A stretch of 64,000 bases of DNA from Geosiphon pyriformis uo1 (GCA_016748015.1 JAAOMT010000620.1:160940-224939), one strand, 5' to 3'; shown: positions 52,523 to 64,000, numbered from the stretch's first letter. Notes: generated by a model not told the origin, from the sequence alone. Made by a program: numbers and translations.

Positions 52523-54308
52523 TCAATACACAGATAATGATAAAAATAAAGGGCTGTTCGTTATCTGAATAAAAAAAAATTGTGCCAATACTTTGATCAA
52601 TAATCCGAAACACATTATAAGAAATGTCGGAAAGTATCCAATATTGAGGAATACTATTTGATTTTTGGGTTTGCCGAGGATTTGATAGAAATTCGAAATT
52701 TCATATAAAAAACCTTGGACAATTGAAAAAACCAACCAATAAAATAAATTAGGAACATAAAGATAATTACCTGAAAGAGCCTCGATATTTGAAGTCAGGA
52801 CTATAATATTAATCAGCCGTGAGTACTCGAGCTCATTATAATCCCAAATAACCATTAATATTAATAGCAACTTTCCAAAACTTGAGATAATAAGAGCCAT
52901 CGTGATATAATTATATCTTTGAAACATAAAACAAATTTTAATTGAGAAATTGGGCATCTGATAAAATATTCATATATCCTGTATTATGTATTATGTTGCT
53001 TACTTTATTATAGCACGTTGATGGCCAATGTAAAAACTGACGGCGAGACGCACTCCGAATTGGAATACGATGAATTCTAAAATCAAGTCCGATTATATTT
53101 AATTGATACCCTAAAAAATTTGAAGGACCCGTATAAAAAATTAAAAATCTTCAATACCTATTACGCAAAGGAAAAGGATATAAATATATCGAATGAACAA
53201 GGGTTGTTCATTAAATGGAAAATATTTGTTTGGATAAGGTTTCTCCAATCGAAACAACTTGATATCTGTGCAGTATAGGAAAATGATCCCCAAGATAAAG
53301 AAAAATGAGAAGTTAAAGTGTAAGATTTCAAAATGAAAATTGAGGGATGAAAATTCTGATCTTAGACTCGTACCCAAAGAATATAAGATAAAGGATACAA
53401 ACATCAAACATAATTAACAAGACTCCAAGTTTAAGGACATTGGGCTATCGGTTTTTAAGGATAAAGAAGAAGAGCATTAGAAAGCCCGAAAGAAAAGCTG
53501 AAGAGATGCGATAAAATTTTCAGATCTTATAATACATCTTTTTCTCTTGTATCGTGAATAAATTCTCTCATAATTTCATTCAACTCTTTCAAATGTTTTT
53601 TCTGTTATTTCTCGAGAAATCTAGTTGTCTGAATCATCTCGTTCGACTAAAGATCCACAATTACAAAATTATTAATCATCCTTCCTCCAAGAAATTTTTG
53701 ATCCCGAACACAGTAGTCTTTAAAATCATCGTTTCCCATAGATCAGTTCAAATAACTGGAACCCTACTGAATACTTTGATTATTAAAAGGTCCCGCTTTC
53801 CAAAATAATCACTCCAAAACTCTTCCTGATCAATATAATCGATCTCAGATATATTAATTACTGCTACTCATAAATTTATTTCGCATCTTCCCATTTCAAA
53901 TCTCTCATTCAAAGCCTCTTATCTACCCAATCAATTAATGTAATTCTCTATTAAAACCTAAAATAATTAAAGAGAAATCTTACATCAATCCCATGGTCCC
54001 GATATTCCAATCGATTAAACAATAAATGCCGATAAACTTGTGGTTTATGTAAGACCATATCGATAAAAATTATCACAAAATCATGTTCAACGTATTTGTC
54101 AACGAACTTCTTGCAATTTTCCTAGGGTGGGAAGAGGAAATTTTGATATCGTTCATTATCAAATCATTTAGTTTATAAAATATTTTATATAGAGGGGATA
54201 TTATTAGTATTTCTGAATACATACACATTGAGTAAGCCGGATATTTCCTTTACTATATTCAGTATAAAGATTTGTTACAGGGTCTCCACACTCAACGCAT
54301 GTTGGCAT
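52523..54308 (-). CDS. ARV1: Arv1 sterol/lipid homeostasis ER membrane protein (7 exons)
   Basis: Arv1 homology domain, missed by the ORF track: MPTCVECGDPVTNLYTEYSKGNIRLTQC|ENCKKFVDKYVEHDFVIIFIDMVLHKPQVYRHLLFNR. TM exons follow, including ALIISSFGKLLLILMVIWDY. Confidence 0.93.
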
Positions 54309-54601
54309 TTTGCTTAAGGATTTCAGCTTAGATTCATTGATAAAGAATGATCTGCCCATGAAAATAATGTCCATCAATAAAGATTTTGAACCTGATATCC
54401 ATAAATCTCCGTTTTGCTATCTATTCATCTGCACCCTTCGCGTAAGCAAGGAAAGAACGCCGCTAAAACATCTCTACGATGTCTTCAATTTTTCCCCGAA
54501 ATGCAGCCATATGCTCAAAAGCAATTTCACTAAAGAAATCATTTAAGGTTATTATTTTTCTGTGAAAAAGAGCCAACATAGCTTGGCTTTGAGACAGGTT
54601 A

Positions 54602-54733
54602 ATACTAGACGGAGTGTCCGAGCGCCACTCTGGGTTTCCTTGGCATGTTGCAATTATTGTGCTCTATTCAACAAAGCATCGATACTAGACAGGGTGTCCG
54701 CGCGCCACCTTGGATTTCCTCGTTGCACTATTG
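54602..54733 (+). repeat. Two imperfect ~55-bp GC-rich direct repeats (period 80 bp) at the left flank of the IS607-like element
   Basis: 54602 ATACTAGACGGAGTGTCCGAGCGCCACTCTGGGTTTCCT..GTTGCAATTATTG and 54682 ATACTAGACAGGGTGTCCGCGCGCCACCTTGGATTTCCT.GTTGCACTATTG. Confidence 0.85.
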
Positions 54734-56140
54734 AGTGTTAACTTTATTTTGCTATCATTTTATCATGAGCTTAACAGCCACCTGCTGGAGTTACGGAAAT
54801 CTAGGCACGAAATGGATAGAGGGAAAGAAGCAACGCGAAACAAAAGAGTGAATTGCGATGCCTTTGACCTCCTCCAATACATTTACCCCGATGATAAAAC
54901 CTTCGACGAGCACAAACTTTCCCAGAATATTCCTACCATCATTCTATTCAACTGCAGAATGCAAGGATAATGAGCAGCTAAATACAGAAAAGAGCTCAAG
55001 AACAAGCAAAAAGTGCGAGACCAGAACCAGGACAACGGCAGCACGCAACAAACGATGAAGCTCGGGAGAAACTCTCACCCATACGTTGCTGGTCAAGTGC
55101 ATCTTAATCACCCTCAGAACCAGTTATTGAGGTGATGGATGGACTTGGCGAGATTTTTTTTAATACCATACTGAGATGGAACGAAAGACGTTATCTTGTG
55201 CTACAGAAGCAAAATGGCATTACGAAAAAATGGTTGAAATCTATGACCTAATAATAATAATGTCTTCTTTTTGATGATGTTTCGGCTATCTGGGGTGAAG
55301 AAAGCCGTTTTATGCTCTTATGAGGTTGCTCTCTGCTCACTCAGGTCATTACATCAAACTATTACCATTTGGGCTCAGAATTTTACATCATCATGTAATC
55401 GCTTTTATATCTATCTTCACACTTCTTTATTGCATGCCTATGCACATCGACAAAAAGTAAATATTTTAATTTTAAAAAGAACTTCTAGGGCTACATTATT
55501 TTTTTATAATAAAGATAAATACATGTTTTGACCTTTACACTTCGAAACTAAGCGCAGAAACAGTATCCGCACAAGATTGCATCTGACTGCAAACTTACAT
55601 ATTTGCGTAAAACCAATGAATAGATGTTTATGAAACGCAAAGACAAGTCCGCGAAATCCAAGCGGAAAGCTTTGTTCAGAAAGTCGCTATTGTCCTGGCA
55701 TTCGTGTACTCCTCACTTGGTATTTCCCTCCAAAGGCGTGGGTAAAATAAGCTCTGGTGACATCGGACGAATAGTTTCCCTGTACAAGTATATGGATGTC
55801 CTCATTTTGAAAAAAGTCAAACTGCCTATCTCTACTTCAAATCGCAAGAAAATCAGGCCGAGAATGCACTACTGGGTACATTACCGTTTCCTTCAATGTC
55901 TGATCCCCAAGGCCAAGGAGTTTAAAGTCCCTATTATCCTCCAAAATGAGGCCCATACATACAAAGATTTGCATCTGGTGCGGTAACATAAAGACCATCA
56001 AAGGCTCCGAAGTGTACAACTCCCAAAATTCTGGGGCTACAACGGACAGCCACTCGGGGCACCCTCCTCTCGTGAGGTCATGCAGGAAATAGTAGTCTTA
56101 CTTGGCAATTTCTAGTACTTCTTATTTATCCATCCGAGAA
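54602..56140 (+). mobile_element. Decayed IS607-type element: serine-recombinase TnpA remnant plus TnpB/Fanzor2 RNA-guided nuclease pseudogene
   Basis: TnpA C-terminus-like: DAFDLLQYI..EHKLSQNIPTIILFNCRMQG**AAKYRKE (54856-54994). TnpB pieces in the expected order: QNQLLR*WMDLARF (~55111-55160), SLHQTITIWAQNF, SDCKLTY (~55582), RuvC-I VAI[D]PGIRVLLTWY (~55683-55723, 1-nt deletion), GVGKISSGDIGRI, MHYWVHYRFLQCL, QNEAHTYK/ICIWCGNIKTIKGSEVYN (Zn finger, ~55942-56020), and a D..RGTLL RuvC-III remnant. Ends approximate. Confidence 0.8.
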
Positions 56141-57121
56141 GTTTAAATTTATAATCTTTATTTGAATAGAGTATTTGAAAAAGTTGATTATTACCAATAG
56201 ATGTGTACATAATTCTGAAAACTTTAAATTTTGTCATCTGTACAAATATTAAGTTTTCTTGAATAAAAATATTATTATCACTGTATATTAAAATTTGTGA
56301 TTACATAGCATATGTTCAATAAAAAAATTTTGATATTTTTTATTATTAATAAATGTTGACAAATGTGATCCAACTATTATTTACAAACATAAAACTTATA
56401 ATAGATACAATTTATGTTTTATTTGTATGTAACTAGTTATTTAAGCCAATTAAGACAATATTAAATATTAAATTTTAGATTTTAATTAATTTACTATTAA
56501 TAAACATGAAATTAATTAATAAATAAATATTTAAAACTTAAATATATAATATTATTTATTATAATATATAAATTTATATAATTAATATATAATTTTTATT
56601 TATAATAGCAAAATAATTAATTTTTAAAATATTCAGTTGGGCTTCGCTCGTAAAATCTCGTAATAAAAAAAAAAAAGTTTTTAAATTATTAATATTTTTA
56701 TGTTAATTTTGTTAATAAAATAATTGTGAAAATTGTTAACTTAATTAAAAATCTTATAAGTAAATATTATAATAGAATTTAGTTTTTTAAAAATATATTT
56801 TTTCTAATTTTATAATTATAATTAAAATAAAAAAACATATTAAATTTAATCTTGATATTATAATTATTTTAAAAAATTCAAAAGTTTTAATAATAAATTA
56901 ATAATTAAGTTACTATTTTTTTCAGTGTTTTTTTTAATAATAATATTAATTTTATATATTTAACACTAATTATAATGCTGAAGTAAAAACTTTTTTTTCT
57001 TTTTCATTTCAATTCCCAAAAAAAAGTTCAGAATTTTAAAAAAAGTTTTTTCTGTTTTACTATTACATATTTCATTATTTCTTAAATACCAAACTCTTTT
57101 GTTGTCAAACTGGCTGTTACT

Positions 57122-58800
57122 ATGAGTAGTTCTAATGCTAAAAAAAAGTCAACCAGAATTGCAGTTTTAAATTCTGTTAGTGATAGTTTAGTTCAAAAGC
57201 AGAAGTTGTTACTTGTCAATATTAAGTATTCTGGTAATAAAGCAGATTTAAGTTTTAAAAATTTAGAGAGGATTGCTGAACAGTTTGTTGGTATGAATAT
57301 GAATAATAATGTTAGTGGTGAAAGTGAAACTCAATTAAATTCTAGAATAAATACACTTAAGACCAAAAAAGTCAATACTATTGCTGCAGTTAGTTTTTTA
57401 ATTAATTCTCTGGTTTATAATATAGATAATAATAATAATATTTCTTTTTCTTTCTGCCTATTTATTTTTTTAAACAAGAAGTGGATTAACTTGAAGATTG
57501 TAAAAACTTAAGTAAAAGTTACTGTCAAGAAGTTATTTGCTTTGAATATTAATTTCTCTACAGTAGAAAACAAATTGGTAATTGTGAAAACTCAGTTAAT
57601 TAAAAAACTTTTTGTAACAATTAATGGTTTTGGAAGGGCCACTACTCTTTTAAAATTTGAAGAGATTATTAAATTAATATTTATATCAAAAATAAACATA
57701 AAAAAGACCGCATTATTGGCCCAAAAAAAGAGAATCAAAATAAACAACAATCTTAAAAGACAGAAAATTAGATCAGATCAGGCTGTGGTTATCAAAAAAA
57801 TTTTTATGGATATGTTAAAAAAAATGATCATTGCTGCAGTATTCAAGTTTGGTCAAATAGTGTCAATTCAATTATAACTGATTGGACTATGACAGAAAAC
57901 TGTGATAAAGTTTGTCAAATTAGGTCAAGCAGATTAGTTGGCAGCAAGATAGTCATTTTTAATCAAAAAAAATTCAGTATATGTAGCCAAAGCTGTGAGA
58001 AATCATAATATTTAGGCATCAAAAAATCATTTTAAGGCACTTTTATTTACTTTGTTTGTAGAAACAACAGCTTATAATTTGAACACTCTTTTAAAAAGAG
58101 CTAGTAAAAAGACTTGTATTATTAATTATTCACTTAAAACTGATAATTAAGTTTGTTATGCTGTAGTTGGTTTTAAATTAGTTAAAAAGTTAGAGTTTGC
58201 TTTTTGCACAGAGCCAATTATTGGTAATATAAAACTCTTATAAACTAGAATGAATTTGGTTTAGTGTAAAAAATGTAAATGTTTTGAGCATTTAGCTCTT
58301 GAATATGATGTATCAAATATGTCTGTCCTGTTTTCTTTAAAATCTTATAAAAAATTTGTCTTAGAGAAAAATTACTTCCAATTTACCAAGTTATATGTAA
58401 AAAAAAGTGTTTTGATCTCTTGTCTTGCTGTTTTTGGTAGCAAATCTTGGGCTTAGATTGTTTTAATTGCTGTCTCTACTAATGTATTTTATCTCAGTTT
58501 TAGTTTTGGTTTCAGGTTGGATTCCTTGAAATTGTCATATGTTAATAAAGTTTCTTTAATTCCTAATAATTATTTGTTAATTGTCACCTACTTGGTCTTT
58601 TTCAAATACTTCTTAGAACTTTTGGCTAATTAAGTATCTGGTATTATATGCAAGCTTAGCAATATGATATTGGTTTTTTTACTCTTGCTTGCTCCTCTTC
58701 ATGAATTAATTAACACAATAACTTTTGAATTAAGTTTAGATTTAGGTATAGTTTTGAATAATTCGAAAAATCTATTTATATTTTTTTTTATAGTTTCTAT
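57122..58800 (+). mobile_element. Decayed non-LTR-retrotransposon-like ORF1/gag remnant 1 (RRM-like region plus CCHC knuckle)
   Basis: One reading frame runs over >1 kb, broken by in-frame stops: AVVIKKIFMDM..IQL*LIGL*QKTVIKF..R*SFLIKKNSVYV..FKALLFTL. Degenerate knuckle CKKCKCFEHLALEY at ~58265-58306. Confidence 0.7.
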
Positions 58801-59079
58801 ACTAAATGTTGTTGACATCTCTTTTTTAAAAAAAATAATCAAAAAAACTGAAAGTTTAAAAAAATAGAAACTCTTTTGTGATTTCTAATAAGATTTTTAT
58901 TGTATTATTCAGTATATTATTTAAAATAGACAAAGATTAACTACTGGCTATATTGCCAAATATAATGTTTTTTAGTAAATTTTTATTGGTTTTAGAAATA
59001 AAACAATAATCTCTTATTAGATTATTTGTTCTTAAAAACTGGGTTAATCAAATAGAAACTGAATCAATTTTTTCTCTAA

Positions 59080-60510
59080 TTTTTGGTGCTGCCACTAATA
59101 ATATTTGAGAAATTATTACTAATTATTAAAAGTTTACTAAATGGGTGGTTTTTATTCTGGTGTTTAGTGCCATTTTTAAGATCAAATTGGCTTATATTAA
59201 GCTATATTTTAGTCTGTACATGATATTTTAAATACAAAATCAATATTAAAAGACAATATAAAACTCTTTTGTATGGAGTTTGCTTCTTAAAAGTCTTTAA
59301 AAACTGTTTTTTTGGTTGAATTTACAAGTTTTGTTTTTTGCTGTTGTTGCACTATGTAATGTGTTTTTAAGTATATTTGCTGTTAACATTAAAACAGTTT
59401 TTAATGTATTTAGTAAAATTGCCTATGTTGTATTAAAGTCTGCTGATATTTGGCAATACATAATTGTTTACTTTAATAAATTAGATTCTGTTTTATCTAC
59501 TTTGAATTATAGGTCAGTTTTAGTAAATAAAAATAGTATTAAAATTTTTTCCTTGGTGAATTAAAATGAAACTATTTTGTTTTATAATAGATTTAAGACC
59601 AAGTTAATTAACTTTTTTTTTGGTTGTATTGTCTTTAAAATTAATAATATAATTTCTCAAGTTGATAATTAAACATGTTTTATTTTTTGTTTTTTTGATT
59701 CTGGTCATTGTTTCTGGTTTGTTTTGATTATATTTAGATCTCAATTTGATTTAAATATTGCTATAATCAAAACTAGTACACTAAAAAAGTATCATATCTG
59801 ATAAGAAACTCTTGACTGTTAATACTGTTTTAAGTGTTAAAAAATGGGTCATCTGGTTATAGACTGTAAAATTTTTCTATTTTCTTTTTCTAAGACTCCT
59901 AAAATATTTGCTTCATATTTTGTAAATATTAAGTCTTATGCCAAGATCTTTGTTTTTTTGAATTTTTTATGTTTTTTCTTTAATGGTTTTTTTTTTTTTT
60001 TAGTGGCTTTTATTTTTTTTTTTGTAACTGTTGCTAATTTTTTGGTTTTTTTTTAATTGGTATTTCTGAAATCCAATTTAATTAAATTATTAACTTTAAT
60101 TAATTTAATTATTAATTATGTTAGTATATTAGTGACTGTATTTAAACAATTTATTAAAAGTGATTTTGTGTTAAGCAGCAAGCTTAAAAACAAGATTAAT
60201 AAGCTTATAATATATTTGAGTGCTTTTAGCAAAACTGTTGATAAGTTAAAAAAAAAGATAGTGTTATTAAAAACAAACTATAGCATGAAAAATATTGATT
60301 TATCTGGTAATTTTGGGGTTTTTGCTGAAATAAGTAATAAAATATTTGGTGAGTTTATAGTACTCTGAAAATTCAAATTTCTTAAGATTAGGTTTAGTTC
60401 TATGAAAACAACTGAGTGGCTTGTTGGATTGGTTTTTAATAGTTTTATTTTGTTTAATATTATTCAAAAGATGTTTACTTTAGATAAGTTTTCTTATAAG
60501 ATAGCAATAT
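59080..60510 (+). mobile_element. Decayed non-LTR-retrotransposon-like ORF1/gag remnant 2 (different subfamily)
   Basis: VVALCNVFL..IWQYIIVYF..SVLVNKNSIKI..FKTKLINF..TCFI, then a CX2CX4HX4C knuckle CFKC*KMGHLVIDC at 59826-59867 and a coiled-coil-like region. Many stops. Confidence 0.7.
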
Positions 60511-60559
60511 AGTATAGTCTAAACTGGCTTAAGTAGCTAATTACATGTAAAAAGTATGT

Positions 60560-62400
60560 GAATTAAACTTAGTTTATTTTAAAGTACTAAGTAGTAATTG
60601 AATCATATTTATTAAACTTAATAAAAAAAAATTATTTTTAATTATTTAATTATAAAATAAAAACTAATTTTAAAGCTTAAAAAATTTAAATTTAAAATAA
60701 ATAAATTTATAAAAAAGTAAATTAAAAATAAAATATTAAATAAATTTTTGCTTTGTAATATTATTAATATATTTTATTAAACTATATTAATAATAAAACA
60801 TTTTTTAATATATAAAAAAATAAGTCTAGAAATTTGTTAAATGATAAAATTGGTTTAAATAAAAAAATTTTAATAAATATTTATATTATTGCTTTAATTA
60901 AAACTATTAAAAAAATATTTTTTAAAATTCATATATGTTTTATTTATTAATATTTTTAATATTAAATTTTTAATATTTTTAATTTTTAATAATTTTAAAA
61001 ATATATTATTAAAACCTTAATAAAAAATACAAAAATAAACACATTTATATGTAAACTTAATTTTATAATTATATATATAAAATAACTAGGTTTTTTTAAT
61101 TTAACAAATCATAATTTTACTGTTTTAATTAAAAAAAAATGTTTTTAATTTTATTAATATTATAATTTATCTTTTTTTAATCAAAAAACTTTAAAAAACT
61201 TGTGTTTAAAACTTATTACTAAATACAATTAAAATTTAAAAAACCAATTTTATTATTTTTAAATTTTTTTTAATTTAATAAATTTTTTATTAAATAAACT
61301 ATTTACAATTTGTGTATTTTTGTAATAATACCAATACAATTTAAAAAAGCTTAAAACTTTTTAACATTAATATTTTATTAATAGCTCTTATTAAACTTTT
61401 ATTAGAATTAAAATATATAATTATATACTTAATTTTTATATACATAACTAAATTATAATTTATAATAAAAGTTTTTTACTTATTAAATTTAAATGTTTTC
61501 ATAAATTATATATATTGGTTTTTATTAATAAATAACTTAATATGTGTTTTTTTTTTAATATTTTGTTTATATTAATTTTAATTATATATATTATATTTTT
61601 TTATAAAAAACAATTACTTAATTAATTTAATTTAATTTAAATTAAAAAATTTTACCATAGTTTTTTGCCAAAAACTAATTATTTGTATTTTAATTAACTT
61701 AATTTTATCAAATTTAAATATCATTAATTATTTAGTTTTTTATAAAGTTTTAATTAAAATTTCTAATTGAATAGCTTTTTTATATTTAATTCAGATATAA
61801 ATATTGTTTTAATAATTTTTTAAGATAATTTTTTATTAATTATTAAAAGATTAATATTTAAAATAAACAAATATTTTAATTTTTTTTAAGGAAAAAAACA
61901 ATTAAAAAAAGAAAAAAAGAATTATATTTATATTATTATTACTACTATTAAGATTAAGTTTACTTAAAAGTTTTATGATTTTTTTAATTATGATTTTGGA
62001 ATTATTTTTGCATTAAAGCTTATTTCTTCAACCAAATATTTTTTATTTATATTTATATTTTATTAATATTATTTATTTTATTTATAAAAAATTGTGATAA
62101 AAATATAAAAAAATTAATTATATTATATTATAAATAAAATATGTTTTTTATAAATTATAATAAACAACTAAATTAATATATTATTTGTAATTTATGTTTC
62201 TTGTAAAAATTTTCAAGATTATATATTTTAAATTTATTTATAAAATAATTAAACTTAATTAATATTATGTATATTGCTTTAAAAATTAAGAAGAATATTT
62301 AAATTTTATATAAAAATTAACTTAATAAACAATTATATTATGAAAAATAAGATCAAAAATAATTTATTATAAATAGAAAAACAAGTTTTTAATGTTAATA
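60560..62400. repeat. Extreme AT tract, probably terminally decayed transposon sequence
   Basis: About 1.8 kb nearly devoid of G/C, contiguous with the retroelement remnants. Confidence 0.5.
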
Positions 62401-63258
62401 TAATATAATTATTTTTCTATAGGAATAGATAAGGATAAAAATATAGAAATAAGAGAAACAAAACATTGGATCAAACAGGTTATTTTTCTTATTAAATGTT
62501 ATGTCAAATAATAACAATTATAATAATCCATCAACAATTCCAAAATCTTGTGCTTTTCACCAATAAATAGTGTAAACAATAAAATTTTAGTATTTTTTAC
62601 CTTCTTTGTGTATATGCATTAAAATCAATGCTAACAATAAATACATGAACTGATATCTACTAATAAAAAATTGAGTAGGCATTATTAAAACTATGATTTC
62701 AAATCGCGATTGGTATAACCCTGATCGTTTATTGTGGGCAGTTTTTTAGCAGATTTCAAACTAGCTAGTTATGATATAATTAGATAAAGCAATGTTCAAT
62801 AAAGATCATTCCTTACCATCATATTATTTGTAGATTTGTTACATTGTGGCGAAAATCTAGATCGGTTATCGCGCTTGATTATCAAAGATAGATGTCTCAA
62901 TTAATTTATAGATATTAAATCAACCTCATTTACTAGACTTGATATAATAAAAAAGATTTTATTGAAAAACAAAGAAAACTCTAATTTCATTCTATCATTA
63001 CCACAAATACCCGTGAAAAATGAAAGAAAAACTTTTAAGTGTTGAAAGTAAAAATGTTCTCGCATGCTAAATACTTTTGAGTGCATGATTTGCACATCTC
63101 ATTGAAGTTGATCTTTGCCAGAAAATTGTTCATGTATGTAGCCGAGGTTTTGCTGCATGAAGTGAATCCTCTATAGCTCAAGAACTATGCTATGCACCCG
63201 AGATTATTCACAAAAATCAATTGTCCAGAAAAACTTCAATCTAAATAAATTCAATAAT

Positions 63259-64000
63259 CTAAGCCAAATGAAATGCATAGTGGGTCATAGTCGCCAATCT
63301 TTCCGCTGAAAAATTCAAGGATAAACGCATAAACTCATTGGCAATTTTGGGTTCTTTATTCAATAATCTCTCGTAGTCAGAAGTTCGCATCTGCCACAAT
63401 ACACAATCACTTTCAGCAAACAACGACGCATCACGTGGTCGATCTGCGAAGAAGCCCAGTTCACCGGCCATTGTTCCAGGCAGTATACTCTCGACAGCAC
63501 GTGGTTGTTCCCCAAACTCTGGTATGTATTGAGCCCTTAGCAAGCCACGTTCAACGAGATAAAGGCAATCAGGAGCATCACCTTGTTGCCAGAGGCGTGC
63601 CCCAGACGGAGCATGAATTTCATGAAAATAGGCAGAGAGTCGAATAAAGAAATCATGGTTTTTATCCGAGATATCTTGAAAAGCTTGTACAAGTAAAGCA
63701 AATGGTTGACTGCTGGGTAGAGTGTTATGTTCTACGAGGACAAAGAATATCAAATGTTAATTAGGTTTGACATGAAATTCTCGAATCCTGTTTGATTTTG
63801 AAGGCCTTATTTACCATCTTGTAATGTTCTACGACCTACAGCTTGAACCAAATTTTGACGTGGTGTAGCGTATTCTGTAATCTCTTTGGGAGGTGAGGGG
63901 TTTCCATTGTGTGGCATCGCTAGTGGTGAAAATCGGTTTATCAATAAATACGTAGTACAAAAAAACAACCAACTCATTGCATACCAAGTTGATTCGCGTT
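63259..64000 (-). CDS. 3' end of a SulP-family transporter with C-terminal cNMP-binding domain (yeast Vsb1/YGR125W-like); partial
   Basis: Exons >64000-63985, 63919-63815 and 63731-63259. Sequence: TPRQNLV..QPFALLVQAFQDISDKNHDFF..LWQQGDAPDCLYLVERGLLRA..ESILPGTMAGELGFFADRPRDASLFAESDCVLWQM..SAERL. The transporter domains lie outside the window. Confidence 0.8.

Noticed and set aside
54602-54733. Possible CRISPR-like repeat-spacer array next to a Cas12-related (TnpB) gene
   Set aside because: Only two imperfect units with ~22 nt between them, no cas genes, and a eukaryotic context; better explained as transposon-end repeats.
1-64000. tRNA, rRNA, or bacterial (endosymbiont-derived) genes
   Set aside because: None recognised by eye; the identifiable host genes look eukaryotic and most are spliced. 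A tRNAscan/Infernal run would be needed to exclude small RNAs.

Overview
AT-rich, intron-containing fungal genomic DNA with one N-gap (35315-35972). The gene families (BTB-BACK-TLDc, TKL kinase, Sel1-repeat proteins, class-3 lipase paralogues) point to Glomeromycotina. The lipase expansion and decayed LINE-like ORF1s resemble Geosiphon/Archaeosporales, but that is recall-based inference, not a database result. The window has four parts. (1) About 1-39 kb is accessory: four 5-exon secreted class-3-lipase-like genes, a BTB-BACK-TLDc gene, a Cys-rich single-pass membrane protein, a non-RD TKL kinase, a Sel1 protein, two pseudogenes and a Tc1 end. (2) About 41-54 kb is a dense core-gene island: an FHA/tail-anchor protein, AGC1, TFB3/MAT1 and ARV1. 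(3) About 54.6-62.4 kb is a transposon island. (4) The 3' end of a VSB1-like SulP/cNMP transporter closes the window. Three observations stand out. (a) All four lipase-like genes have intact ORFs, yet the nucleophile Ser is Ala (GHAxGG), so they look like a conserved family of secreted pseudo-lipases with mosaic gene conversion. (b) A decayed IS607-type element (serine-recombinase TnpA plus TnpB/Fanzor2 nuclease, preceded by two direct repeats) lies next to the ARV1 promoter and is only fragmentarily visible in the ORF track. (c) LINE-like ORF1 remnants keep their frame but are saturated with C-to-T/G-to-A transitions, a RIP-like or methylation-deamination signature.
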